A model generated the notes under the pieces. It was not told the DNA's origin and ran no database searches. It was given only the letters and a program-made list of their open reading frames with translations. Shown here one piece after another: positions 1 to 12,905 of a stretch of DNA of 64,000 nt. Origin of the DNA: Octopus sinensis (taxonomy: Eukaryota); the NCBI RefSeq assembly GCF_006345805.1, contig NC_043018.1:28706001-28770000 (forward strand), in the 5' to 3' direction. The translations under genes were made by a program, and so were the position numbers. Every line of letters begins with the position of its first letter. Positions within the stretch are counted from its first letter, which is position 1.

Positions 1-175
1 GTTTATTTACATCCCTGTAACTTAGCAATTTGACAAAAGTGATCAATAGACTAAGTATCAGGCTTATGTAAAAGATAAGTACTGGAGTTGATTCATTTGA
101 CTAAAAAATATTCCACAAGGCGGTGCCCCAGCATGTCCATAGTCTAATGCCTGAAACAAGTAAAAGATAAAAGAC
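1..175 (+). mobile_element. 3' half of tRNA/CORE-type SINE (family A), cut by window edge
   Basis: Diverged match to the 3' part of the complete copies at 1394, 13691 and 27726 (gtaacttagc...gaaacaagtaaaaga tail). Confidence 0.75.
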
Positions 176-365
176 AGAATGCTCTAAGACCATTTTCTCC
201 AAAGTAGTTTTACCAATTTAATAAAATTAGTAAATATGAGATATATTTCAAATAAACTCATTTTTCTTCTAAAATAGTAATTCTCACAGTGTAGCAAAAA
301 TACGTAAGCCTGACTCATGCAATCAGGGAAAAGAGGATGTTAAAACAAAGATGTGGAGGAGGAAA

Positions 366-405
<40 letters not shown>

Positions 406-870
406 GGTGTAGCTGTTTTAGTATGTGCATATATAAGTGTGTGTGTATGTTTTTAAATATATTTTTATATAGGTGTGAGTGTGTGTGTCTATATATGTAT
501 GTGTATGTCTATGCTTGTGTTCGTGCAAATATATATATATATCCACGTATGTGTATATATAAAAATGTATATATGTATGTGTAATATATATATATATATA
601 TCCACGTATATGTATATATAAAAATGTATATATATATCCACATATATATATATATATCCACGTATGTGTATATATAAAAATGTATATATGTATGTGTAAA
701 ATATATATAAAGATATATATCCACATATATGTATATATGTATGTGTATATATATATATAATATATATATATATATATCCACATATATGTATATATGTATG
801 TGTAATATATATATATATATCCACGTATATGTATATATAAAAATGTATATATATATATATATATAATATA
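366..870. repeat. (TG)n tract plus degenerate ~60-bp TA-rich minisatellite
   Basis: Recurrent tatccac(g/a)tat...tataaaaatgtata units embedded in TA/TG repeats. Confidence 0.75.
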
Positions 871-1075
871 TATATAAATATACCTTGAAAGTTAATTAAA
901 TTGTCATTAACGATATTCAATATTTGTTTCTTCTTTCAGGTGTATGTATAAATAGTGAGGCATACATAATTGTTTCTCAATGGTTTTTGCTGTCTCAAAT
1001 TTTGACGCTTTATTAATAATATTTATCATTATTATTATTATTATCACCATCATCATCATCATTAATAATAAGGTG

Positions 1076-1320
1076 TAAAGCTGGCAGAATCATTAGCAAG
1101 CCAGACAAAGTGCTTTGTGATATTTCGTCTGTCTTTATGTTCTGACTTCAAATTCCTCTGAGGTCGACTTTACCTTTTATCCTTTCGGGGTCAATAAGTA
1201 CCAGTTGAATACTGGGGTCGATGTAATCAACCTGTTCCCTCCCCACAAATTCTAGGCCTTTTGCCTATAGTAGAAAGGATTATTATTATTATTATTATTA
1301 TTAGTAGTAGTAGTAGTAAG
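1076..1320 (+). mobile_element. SINE family B with (ATT)n tail
   Basis: gctggcagaatcattagc head, gtcgactttaccttttatcctttcggggtc central domain (resembles the MetaSINE domain, from memory), agaaaggattattatt tail; dozens of copies in the window. Confidence 0.75.
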
Positions 1321-1393
1321 TGAGGAGTACCAAATTCTAGGCTTTATGCCTATAGTAGAAAGGATTATCATTATTATTATTATTATCATTAAT

Positions 1394-1790
1394 AGGTGCA
1401 GGAGTGGCTGTGTGGTAAGTAGCTTGCTTACCAACCATAGGGTTCTGCATTTTAGTCCCACTGTGTGTCACCTTGGGCAAGTGTCTTCTACTATAGCCTC
1501 AGACCAACCAAAGACTTGTGAGTGGATTTGGTAGATGGAAAGTGAAAGAAGCCCATCATATATATATGTGTGTGTGTGTGTGTGTTTGTGTCTGTTCCTC
1601 CCACCATTGCTTGACAACCAATGCTGGTGTGTTTATGTCCCTGTAACTTGGCAGTTCGGCAAAAGAGACTGATAGAATAAGTACTAGGCTTACAAAGAAT
1701 AAGTCCTGAGGTTGATTTGTTTGACTAAAGGCAGTACTCCAGCATGGCCGCTGTCAAAATAACTGAAACATAAGAATATAAGAATAATAA
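1394..1790 (+). mobile_element. Full-length SINE family A with internal microsatellite
   Basis: tRNA-like head ggtgcaggagtggctgtgtggt, CORE-like caccttgggcaagtgtctt, internal (TA)(TG)n, shared 3' half. Confidence 0.85.
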
Positions 1791-1879
1791 GATGGCTAGC
1801 TGGCTGAATCAATAGTATGCTGAGTGAAATATTTAGTGGCATTTTGTCTGCCGCTACGTTCTGAGTTCAAATACTCACC

Positions 1880-2870
1880 CCCTAAAAGATGAAAGGTGAA
1901 GTCGACCTCGGTGAAATTTGAACTCAGAACACAGCAACAGGCAAAATACCTCTAAGCATTTCATCCGGTACACTAACAATTCTGCCAGCTTGCTGCCTTA
2001 CCTTAAAATTAATCCTTTTTACTATAAGCACAAGGGCTGAAATTTGGTGGGCGGGGTGCAGTTGATTAGATTGACCCCAGTATGCAACTGGTACTTAATT
2101 TATCGACCCGAAAAGGATGAAAGGCAAAGTCAGCCCTGGCAGAATTTGAACTCAGAACGTAGCAACAGGCAAAATACTGCTAAACATTTCATCCCATGCA
2201 CTAATGATTCTGCTAGCTTGCTGCCTTACCCTAAAAATAATCCTTTCTACTGGGGTGGGTGCAGTTGATTAGACTGACTCTAGTATGCAACTGGTACTTA
2301 ATTTTATTGACCCTGAAAAGAATGAAAGGCAAAATCAACCTCAGAGTTTGAATTCAGAACGTAGCAACACACGAAATACCGCTAAGCATTTCATCTGGTG
2401 TGCTAACGATTCTGCCAGCTTGCTGTCTTACCTTAAAAATAATCCTTTCTACTATAGACACAAGGGATGAAATTTGGTGGAGGGAGGGGGCCAGTTGATT
2501 AGATCGACCCCAGTATGCTACTGGTACTTAATTTTATTGACCCCAAAAGGATGAAAGGCATATCGACATCAGAGTTTGAACTCAGAACGTAGCAACATGT
2601 GAAATACCACTAATCATTTCGACTGGTGCACTAACTTACCTTAAAAATAATACTTTTTTTCTATAGGTACAAGGGCTGAAATTTGGTGGGGAGGGGGCCA
2701 GTTGATTAGATCGACCCCAGTATGCAACTGGTACTTAATTTATCAACCCCGAAAGGATGAAAGGCTAAATCGACCTCGGTGGAATTTGAACTTAGGACAT
2801 AAAGAGATGAAATACCACTAAGCATTTTGCTTGGCCTCCTAACGATTCTGCCAGCTCTCTGCCTTTTTTT
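1880..2870 (-). repeat. Head-to-tail tandem array of SINE-B units (~200-230 bp period)
   Basis: The same junction cttacc(t/c)taaaa(a/t)taat recurs at ~1996, 2224, 2427 and 2635. Confidence 0.8.
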
Positions 2871-3467
2871 TTACCACGATACTTTATTTTCAAGTGGCTC
2901 CAGTTCACTCACAAGACACTGATAAAAACATTTGCCACAAACTAAGATAAAAACATTTGCCCCTTTCATCCTATTGGAGATGACCTTGGTGGAATTTGAA
3001 CTCTGAATGTAAAGACTGACAAAATGCCCCTAAGCTTTATCGCCTGGCATGCTATTGATTCATCAAACTCACTGCCCTTTAATAATGACAACAATAATGC
3101 TTTCAAATTTTTACATGGGACCAGTAATTTCTAGTGCATGGGTAAGTTGGTTTCAGCAATCCCAGCATTCAGCTGGTACTGATTTTATTGACCCCCTGCA
3201 GGGAAGAAAGGCAAAATCAAATGTGGCTGAATTTGAACTCAGAATGTTAAGCTGGATGAAATGCCGCTAATATATTCCCCAGCATGGTAATAATTCTGCC
3301 AGCTTGCTACTTCAATAATAAGGATAATGGTTTTTTAAAATTTCGGTAAAATGTTAGCAAATTTAGAGGTGGGGCGGCATTTAAACTCAGAATGTAAAGC
3401 TAAGAGAAATGCTACTAAGTAGCACAGATACTGTCAACTTGTTGCCTTCACTGATAATAATAATGGT

Positions 3468-3844
3468 AACAAGCAAGAGCACTCAGAGAGCACAAACCTC
3501 CGCCAAGGCAACACCAATGTCCTCTCGACAATTAGCCACTGATGATTTTTAAAATGAGAATATCTTAAGTAAACTCGACTGCTCTTATAAATGAGAATAC
3601 TAAAAATGAACCTGAGCACTTTCAAAAATTAAGTAAAAAAAATAAATAGAACAAATAATCCAGAATCCTTGTCTGGTAACGCATCGATCCTAACATCTAA
3701 TCACTTTATGCCAGTCACAACGCCAAACATCCTTGGAAGTTTCGTCCGAATTCATCCAGCGGTTCTTGAGATATCTTGTCCATAGATAAACAAACAAGCA
3801 TGACTGAAAACAATACCTCTGCCTTCACTAAGTCAGAGGTAATA
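3468..3844. mobile_element. Non-autonomous Helentron/HINE-like element
   Basis: Sub-terminal acctccgccaagg at one end; palindrome acctctgccttcactaagtcagaggt next to AAT at the other end. Confidence 0.55.
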
Positions 3845-4063
3845 ATACTGATTTCTACTATAGGCACAATGCTTGAAATTTTGGGTTAGGGGTTTAGTTG
3901 ATTACATCGACCCCAAGCGCTCAACTGGTACTTATTTCATCAACCCCAAAATGATGAAAAGCAAAGCCGATCTCAGCAACATTTTGTCGGTCTTTATGTT
4001 CTGGGTTCAAAGTCCACTAAGCATTTTGTTCAGTGTGCTAATGATTCTTCCAGCTCATCCCCT

Positions 4064-4218
4064 TAATAATAATAATAACAATAATAATAACAATAATAAT
4101 AACAATAATAATAACAATAATAATAACAATAATAATAACAATAATAATAACAATAATAATAACAATAATAATAACAATAATAACAATAATAGTAATAATA
4201 ACAATAATAATAACAATA

Positions 4219-4255
<37 letters not shown>

Positions 4256-4282
4256 TAATAATAATAACAATAATAATAATAA
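4064..4282. repeat. (AATAATAATAAC)n / (AAT)n microsatellite
   Basis: Directly visible; source of the poly-N, poly-I and poly-L ORFs. Confidence 0.98.
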
Positions 4283-4284
4283 TA

Positions 4285-4700
4285 ACAATAACAATTATAA
4301 TAAATGCCCTGATGCAGTAAATAGCAGTGGCTCTCATGACTTCTGATCTTAACTGATTGGAAGTGTTATCATGTACATTGATTTGTCTTGTTATAAAAGA
4401 TGGGGCTACAGCAAATATTCTGCTCAATACCACAGATTTGCTTGCCAGTTGCTTGACCTTAACCAGCAGAGCATGTCCCTTAGTGGCTGACGATATGTGC
4501 ATCTCTGATCGCAAGCAATAGTAGTGGGGGAGTACCATTACCATGTGTTGCAAAGAATTCTTTTAGGTTTGAATAATTCACCTCTGGAAACATGGGTGTT
4601 TTGTTCAACATCCTTAAACAACTCTTTTTCAAGGACCACATGAGTGGAATGGGCTACTCGACGTGAAGAAAATTCTAACTGGGCCCCACCTGCAAGGTCA
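4285..4700 (-). mobile_element. Retroposon 3' fragment with (TAT)n tail
   Basis: Reverse-complement homologue of 12500-12905; both end in gcatcagg followed by a TAT tract. Confidence 0.6.
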
Positions 4701-5604
4701 TGCACTGTTATCTTGATGGTTGTGATGCATGTGCCTGGTGTACCCTTATTGGACGGGTAGTTATGATGGATATACTGGGTTTTGTATAGTTTACTCCAGT
4801 GTCACTTTGATGGCCTGCACTGCTATCTCACTCAATAATAATAATAATAATGATGATGGTTTCACATTTTTGCACAAGGCCTGCAATTTCGAAGGAGGAG
4901 GTAGGTCGATTAAACCAACTCAAGTGTTTGACTGGTACTTATTTTATCAGCTAGATGAATGGTAAAATCGACCTCGGTGAAATTCGAACCCAGAACATTA
5001 AGACAAATGAAATGCTTCAAAGCATTCTGCTTAGTTTCCTAATGATTCTTCCAGCTCACCACTTCATGGTACTGATAACAACAATAATAATTATTATTAT
5101 TATTGTTTCAAATTTTGGCTCACAACCCATTAATTTAGGGGAAGGGCAGTATTTGAACACAACATAAAACCAGAAGAAATGTCTTTAAGCAATAGTAATT
5201 CTGCCAGCTCACTGCCTTTACTACTACTAATAATAATGATAATAATAATAATCCTTTCTACTATAGGCACAAGTCCTGAAATTTGGAGGGAAGTTGATTA
5301 TATCAACCCCAGTGTTTAACTGGTACTTAGAATGTAAAGACGGATGAAATATGGCTAAGCACTTTGTCTGCCTTAATAATAATAATAATCCTTTCTACTA
5401 AAGGCATAAGACCTGAAATTTTGGGGGGAAAGGACTTGTCGATTACATCGACCCCAGTGTTTCACTGATAATTTATCAACCCCCAAAATGATGAAAGGCA
5501 AAGTTGACCTTGGCAAAATTTGAACTCAGAACGTAAAGACAGACATCATACCACTAAGCACTTTGTCCAGTTTGCTAATAACTCTGCCTGCTCACCACCT
5601 AATG

Positions 5605-5641
<37 letters not shown>

Positions 5642-6926
5642 CAACTATTGTTTCAAATTTTGGCTCAGGGCCTACGAATATACAAGAAGGGCAACATTTG
5701 AAGAGAGCACATAAAACTGGCAAAAATGCTTGCTCTCTGCCTTTACTACTACTACTACCACTAATGATAATAATAATAATCATTAATAAATGGTAACTGG
5801 CTTCAAAAAATAGACATATGACTCGAAAATTGTTCCTTGTGTGCCAAAATTCACACAATTGACATCTCATGGTTAATGTGTCTGCGTACTAGGTCTGCCT
5901 GTATTCGCTTTGTACAGTTTTTACCGATTCTAACTATACTGGGGCAACTGCTGATACTTAAGTTGGAATTTTCTTTTTTTTTCATACGCATATTTTAATT
6001 TTTCAAAATTTCAGCTGTATTTATTATTTTTTCTTTTTTTTTTGTTTTCCAAATTTTTGACAATATTTTATATTTTGAGGAATTGTGGATCACTTAAACA
6101 GCAACAACAACAACATTAATATTATCGATATGATCAATAGCTAGAAATTCTCAAAATGACGATTATTGAATATAAAAGAAAATAATTAAAATATTAGAGG
6201 GAAAAAAAATTCAGTGCCCTGCCCCCACAAAAAATATCAAAGTTTTTTTTTTTTAAATAATAATGAAATATTGTATCAAGACATTAATTGTACCCCTGCC
6301 CCTTTTTTAGTATTTTTGTTGTTTGTGTTGTTGTGTTAATTCTTTTTCTTTTTTGTATTTTATTTTTGCATTGTTTTAAAAAATATTTTGGGGGATTCTT
6401 TGTTTGCTTAACTTCTGCATTCGATGTTATCAATTAATTTAATTTCTCTTTTTCTTTCGTTTCGATAATTGTGAAATGTTTGTGTTTTTGTTTGTTTTTA
6501 ATTTTATAATTATTTAATAATTATTTCTACATTTTCATGTAAAGTTAAAAAATACCATTGCTACTACCACTGCCTCATCCACCACCACCACCACCTTCAT
6601 CACTACCACGACCACCACTTCCTCCTCTTCCTCTTCCAACGACCCAGAATATATCCCACTAAGAAAAATTGCTTGAAGTACAGCTACCATGTTATTCACC
6701 CTTTAAGGGTAAGACCTCCTGACGTCAAAATATATTCTAAGGTTTTGGGTAGACACTCCATCACGATGCTTAACGCATACTTCTCTTTCCATCTGTCTTT
6801 CTGCCGCTCTTCTCTCTGCTTCTTTTATATTTCTCTGTACTTCTCTTCTCCATCCCCATCAGTTTTTCATTCTTCTTCCCTGAAGCTTCCATTTTTGTCT
6901 TGACATAATGTTATGGACAAATTTAA

Positions 6927-7676
6927 CCCTTTAGTGTTCAGCTTACTCTCTCAAGTGTAATGCTAATTTAGTCACACTGCTCTGAATTAATCATGCATTA
7001 TCTTGTAGCCTTGAGCTTTCAGATACCATAAATCTTAGAGTATAGTCTGCCCTTGAGTATAATATGCAGGAGATTTTTAGGGAGCTGTACCTCTGAAAAA
7101 CCTAAACCTTGTGTATAATACGCACTCCTTCTCTAACTTGAGTCATGCGTAATTAAGCCAGCAGCATCTAGTCGAACAAACACTTCTGCACATGCGTAAT
7201 ACAATAATGGTGATGTTCTTAACTGTTATATGGGAATGTAAATATGTTTGCAAATTGTTTTTGTTACATGTTATTCTGTGTTCTGAATGCTTATATTATA
7301 ATAAATCTTGATTATTGCAAGTTATGGATGATTCTTTTATGACTTCATTACTTTCAGGCTTAGCTTAAGGTATTTTCGCACCCGATGTCACAAAATACGT
7401 CTGAATAAACATTGCCGGGTAGCAAATAGAGACTCGGACATTGCTTAGAAAATATTTTTTCATTTTTAACCTCCTATATAGTACACACTAGGGATTTTAA
7501 CCTTTAAATTTTGGGATAAAAATTGCGGATTATACTCGAGGATTTACGGTAATTGGAGTGTTTAATTTTTTCGGAATAACATTGCAGGGTAGGTGTGAGA
7601 AGCCAGATCTGATTTATTTTAACATAAAACAAGCATAATATTTAGTCTAGATATGGTTGGTTTAAATGCTAAAGGG
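6927..7676. mobile_element. piggyBac-type MITE with nested fragments
   Basis: TTAA at 6923-6926 and 7677-7680 flanking ccctttag...ctaaaggg termini; nested pogo/Tigger-like end gcggattatactcgaggatttacggta near 7525-7551. Confidence 0.65.
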
Positions 7677-9339
7677 TTAAAATAATTTTGATTGCTTTCA
7701 TTTAACATAAAGGAAACATGGTGCCTGTTTAACAGATTTATATAAGAAACTAATTATCGCTGTTCACTAAATGTTTGCTGAGTGCTGTGTATTTGGATAG
7801 AATAGAAATAACATGCTTTGACTACTCACATAACACAAGCAGCTGTTACTACTTAGTTATTTCATTGTGTTTAATAATAATGTTGATGATTTGGTTAACT
7901 TCAAAATGTAATTTGAAAATTCAGTCTTGTCATGTGAATTGCTGTTCTTCCCTCTCTATCTTTAAACTTTCTTATTGATGTTACTGTTGATGTGTAAGGT
8001 CTCATTGGAATTGATCCAGTGAATTTATCACCAAAAATCTCCTTGTCATGCTATTCCTTTTTTTTTGTTCTACAGTGTATCTTAGTCTCAGGTAATTTCT
8101 GTGTGAGATACACAAGATAGTGATCTTCTGATAGTATAGTCAATGTGCTTCAGTTCCTTATAACACTTATCCTTGTGCTTTTGAGGGTCTTTATTTTAAT
8201 TTTGGTTTGAGGTATTCTTGGGCCAAGCCTCTCCTCATATCCTCTTATGAACTGACCCACCCACTCTTCTCAACCCAATGTCCCTGTTCTCGTTTATGCT
8301 CACCTTCTACCTTGCAAGTACACCATGTCACTTCATCACTACTGCCTTTATCTCTCTTTCCAGCAATCCCCACCCACTCTTATATAATCTGCGGTAGCTG
8401 TGTATCTTTTCTATAACAAGATACCTGTTCCTGTCCCCCTGACATAACTCTAACCTCTTAACACCTGACATAAAGAACATCTATATCCCTCTACTATACT
8501 CCTACTCAGTTGTGGAGGCCTTTATAGTTTGTTTGTCTTGTGAATTACTTGGCAAACCCATTAGTGTTGGTGCCACAGAATAATAGCCACTGAGTGTATT
8601 CTATGAAGTGATTGGTATTAGGAAAGGCATTGAGCTATGGAAAACATGTCAAAAGAAGACATTGGCACTCAATGCAATCCTTCAGCTCATTGGATCCTGT
8701 GAAGCTGACAAAATTATGCCAGTATGGAAAACAGACATTCTAAGATGATAATGATGAGGAAATATATAATTATTGAAGACAAGAAGTGCACAACCAGAAA
8801 AACACTTGCACAAACACTTCTAAATGTCTGTGAGTGTATCTGTTCTCATTTTCTCTCATCTCACATATCTGTGTATTTGTTGCTGTTAAAATCACAGACA
8901 TACCTTTTAGCTGAAATAAATTTAATTAAAAAGTTGCTCTTAAATAAGTTAATTATTCCATCATTTACTAACGAGATCTCCCTATCATCCCCTCATCTTT
9001 ATTTCCCCCCGACTAAAGTGTTGTTTTAGGAAATCTCACTTCTCAAAAATCCAATTGCTTTGTGAAATATACACATGCACACATACACATACTCATACCT
9101 TTGTTTCCATACTTACACACACTGTCTCTTTCTCTCTCTCACTCACACAGACACATATGCTAACATATATACATATAAATTCTCCATTCATAAAAATGCT
9201 TGCACACAGACAGACATATATATATAGATCCATAGACATATCCATGCTTGTATACACACACATATACTTATATATTTCTCTCTATATATATGTGTGTGTG
9301 TGTGTATATATACACATATATATATACATATATATTCAC

Positions 9340-9389
<50 letters not shown>

Positions 9390-9391
<2 letters not shown>

Positions 9392-9697
9392 AGGCGCAAT
9401 GGCCCAGTGGTTAGGGCAGTGGACTAGCGGTCGGAGGATCACAGTTTCAATTCCCAGACTGGGCGTTGTGCGTGTTTATTGAGCGAAAACACCTAAAGCT
9501 CCGCGAGGCTCTGGCAGAGGGTGGTGACGACCTCTGTTGTACTCTTTCGCCCCAACTTTCTCTCACTCTTTCTTCCTGTTTCTTGGGTAATGCTGCGATG
9601 GACTGGTGTCCCATCCAGCTGAGGGAAACACATACGCCATGGAAACCGGGCCCATGAGCCTGGCTAGGCTTGAAAAGGGTACATAAAAAAAATAAAA
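9390..9697 (+). mobile_element. tRNA-derived SINE family D
   Basis: A box tggcccagtggt, degenerate B box gtttcaattcc, A-rich tail; second copy at 17052. Confidence 0.75.
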
Positions 9698-10106
9698 TAT
9701 ATATATATATAAACACACACACACACACTCACTCACACATAAGTACACATATATATATATGACCACATGATCATTTACATATGAAAATAAGCAGGTACAT
9801 ACACTAAACACACACACACTAACAGACATGCACTTAAAATCTTCACACACACATATATATAATATATATATATATATACACACACGCGCGCGCGCGACAG
9901 CTTTCTTTTAGCTTTCATCTACCAAATTCCAAGGCTTTGGCTAGCCTGGGGCTATAGAAGAAGATATTTGTTGAAGATGTCTTGCAATGAAACTGAACCA
10001 ACGTCTTAACCACACAGCCACATCTGTTCCTATAATACATAATTTATTAATTATGAAAAGATAACTAATTTCAACAGGATTAAATATCATAGATTATGTT
10101 TTATAA

Positions 10107-10229
10107 TTCCTTCCTGATGAAACACCTTATTCGTTTCATTCTAATGAATGAATTATTTATCAATTTATGTATTATGTAATGATTATATGGTTGATGATGT
10201 TTATAACATCGAAACAGCTGTAGAACGAA
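10107..10229 (+). ncRNA. Degenerate type I hammerhead-like motif
   Basis: CTGATGA 10114-10120; GAAA-CAGCTG-TA 10211-10222; stem I ttccttc/gaacgaa pairs 6 of 7; stem II closing pair mismatched. Confidence 0.3.
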
Positions 10230-10433
10230 TGTTTTCTGATTTTGGTACAAGGCCAGTAATTTTAAGGGAAAGGGATTAATCGATAACATTGACTTACACT
10301 TTATTTCACTGACCCCAGAAGGGATGATAAGCAAAAAGCTGACCTTGATGAAATTGAAATCAAATTATAAAGAGCCAGAACAATAACTCTAACGGAATTT
10401 TTATAGGCAAACCAAAAAATGCGTACACACACT

Positions 10434-10475
<42 letters not shown>

Positions 10476-10787
10476 AATAAAAAGGGGTTTGTATGATTGT
10501 GTATAGAGGGATATATATTATTCAAAGAAATTCCAACTCTGTTTTTATGTTTTATTTATATTCTTTATAATATTAATGTAGAATATAGAATATATAAATA
10601 ATATATATATAGTAAAATGAAATGAAGTATTTATTGTCTTATTGAATAAATGAAATATTGAATATCAAATATTAAGGGACTAGTATACTTTCTTGCATTT
10701 AAGCAGTCTTCAAGGTCCCAGGATTTGACAGGAGTGTTTCAACATACATATATATATATATAAAAACACACAAACATACATACACAT

Positions 10788-11005
10788 TCTTTTATTTGTT
10801 TCAGTCATTTGACTGAGGCCATGCTGGAACACTGCCTTTTGTCAAGCAAATCGATCCCAGGACTTATTCTTTGTAAGCCTACTATTTATTCTATTGGTCT
10901 CTTTTGCTGAATAGCTAAGTTACAGGGACATAAATATACCAACATCAGTTGTCAAGCAATAGTGGGGGAACAAACACAGATACACAAACATACACACACA
11001 TACAT

Positions 11006-11047
<42 letters not shown>

Positions 11048-11210
11048 GATAGGCTTCTTTCAGTTTCTGTCTACCAAATCCACTCACAAGGCATTGATCA
11101 GCTTGAGGCTATAGCAGAAGACACTTGCCTAAGGTATCACACAGTGAGACTGAACCCAGAACCATGTGGTTGGTAAGCAAGCTTTGTATCACACAGCCAC
11201 TCCTGCACCT
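10788..11210 (-). mobile_element. SINE family A
   Basis: Full reverse-complement match to family A including the internal (CA)(TA)n. Confidence 0.85.
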
Positions 11211-11251
11211 GTATATATCCATACATACATGCACAGATGTATACACAAACA

Positions 11252-11285
<34 letters not shown>

Positions 11286-11869
11286 TATATATATATATAT
11301 ATATACATACACACACACACATACAGACTTATACAAATATACATTTTGATGATGTGTGAGAGTGTTTATGTGTGTATGAAATATATGTGAGTTAACTCCT
11401 TTCCTAAGAAGCTTATTTATGTCTACATCCATAGAGATTTGTGTTTCTTGTCTTTTTTCTTTCTTTTTGCGTGTGTTTGTGTTTCTTTTTGTCTGTTATC
11501 TGTTATGCAAGAATTTCGATAGATACATTAGTCTCCTTGTTATCAAAATCAAACGTGTTTTGGCACCGAAATCATTGTTAGATATAAATTAGGATTTGAC
11601 TTTTGATTAATGACCCTTACTTCTATATAAGTGTGTGTGTATGTATGTTTGTATATATGTGTATGTATGCATATATATATGTTTACACCTGTGTATGTTT
11701 GGTTGTGTATACAAACATACACATACAGAGAGATTGTATTGAAAATGGCTCCTCATTGAACCACTTTCAGTTTTGAATTGTGCTAAACACATAATTCTGA
11801 TGAAAACAAAACCATTATATGGAAGTCTGAGAGTTATTCCTGGAATTTAGTGTTAACTTTTTTGCTTAG

Positions 11870-11950
11870 AACAACAACATGAAGAACACGTTAAGTGGCA
11901 ATAACATGATTAATGTGTTGTCACTTCAACATGAGCAGTGTGGCAGGAAG
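11870..11950 (+). other. 81-nt exon-like unit of an unidentified gene (frame 0 open: NNNMKNTLSGNNMINVLSLQHEQCGRK)
   Basis: Acceptor gttaacttttttgcttag, donor AAG|gtaaga; one substitution versus the copy at 28257-28337, while flanks further out are clearly more diverged. Confidence 0.55.
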
Positions 11951-12499
11951 GTAAGAATGGTCTAGGCATTGATTAAATACCTTTCATTATTTAAACCTGT
12001 GTTTTACATTCTATGTTCTTTTCTTACTCACTTATAATTTTTTTTAGAGGTTGAAATAAACCACTTCTAGCAGAGATATATTTGTCTCTTGGGTAGGGGT
12101 TGTTTTTTCTTTTTGTTTCACTTAAAGCCAGTTACCCATTTTCCATAATGTCTAAGTGACAGAGATCACAATCGTGCCAATGAATGGGACACCAACCCAT
12201 TGCAGGGTTTAATCTTTTGGGATTTAAATCAGCTTTATATGGCCCAAATAGTCTGCCTGTTTTATACTCAAACTGACTAGAAGTGGCCTGTCTCACCAAC
12301 CTAACAATATCATTCCAAAACTTAACAGTTACCTCATCAAAATTTCAAAGCAAGAAGATAACCTTGATATGTTTCAACCAGTATAGGCCCAGGCCATGTC
12401 TAATACCCATCATGACAGCCTGTCTAATAAGGGTACATCACAACTACGTGTGCAATATGATGATCAAAAATTGCGATAAACATCACATGACTTTGTAGG

Positions 12500-12905
12500 T
12501 GGAAACTCAGTTAGAATTTTACTCCAGGTCAAGTAGCCCATCTTGCTCAGAAAGTCCCTGAATAAGGGTCGTTTAAAGATGTTGAATAAAACATACATGT
12601 TTCCAGAGGTGAATTATTCAAACCCCAAAGAATCCCTCTCAATACATGACTATGACGCTTCCCCACTACTCCTGCTTGTGGGCAGAGATGCACATATCGT
12701 CAGCCTCTAATGGACATACTCATTTGGTTATGGTCAAACAACTGACAAGCAAATCTATGGTATGGTGCAGAATATTTGTTGTAGCCCATCTTTTACACCA
12801 AGACAAAATATGTACATAATAACACCCCCAATCAGTTAAGATCAGAAGCCTTGAAAGTCAGTGCCTGATATTGCATCAGGTCTTTTATTATTATTATTAT
12901 TATCA
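12500..12905 (+). mobile_element. Retroposon 3' fragment with (TAT)n tail
   Basis: Inverted homologue of 4285-4700. Confidence 0.6.

Larger units (their letters stand above)
8230..12420 (+). repeat. Arm A of inverted segmental duplication
   Basis: Collinear reverse-complement matches: 8230-9130 to 35980-35030; 10350-10440 to 30190-30110; 11520-11620 to 28830-28730; 11757-12010 to 28450-28195; 12120-12210 to 27670-27575; 12370-12420 to 27235-27190. Confidence 0.85.

Noticed and set aside
351-920. ORFs rich in CV, YI and HT (also 9.1-9.4, 28.4-29.3, 49.8-50.3, 51.5-52.0, 52.8-53.2 and 61.2-63.7 kb)
   Set aside because: Translations of (TG)n, (TA)n and (CA)n microsatellites.
940-1010. Possible plus-strand degenerate MFSD11 exon after ttctttcag
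   Set aside because: Multiple stops, no donor, and only a vague KF similarity.
3873-4553. Poly-Asn, poly-Ile and poly-Leu ORFs
   Set aside because: Read-through of the (AAT/AAC)n tract plus flanking repeats.
8724-9029. 101-aa ORF duplicated at 35177-35482
   Set aside because: Its start derives from a retroposon tail (atggaaaacagac...gatg); similarity is explained by the duplication or conversion, and there are no family features.
9390-9460. tRNA-like sequences (also 17052, 18430-18494 and family A heads)
   Set aside because: SINE heads with degenerate boxes attached to SINE bodies; not tRNA genes.
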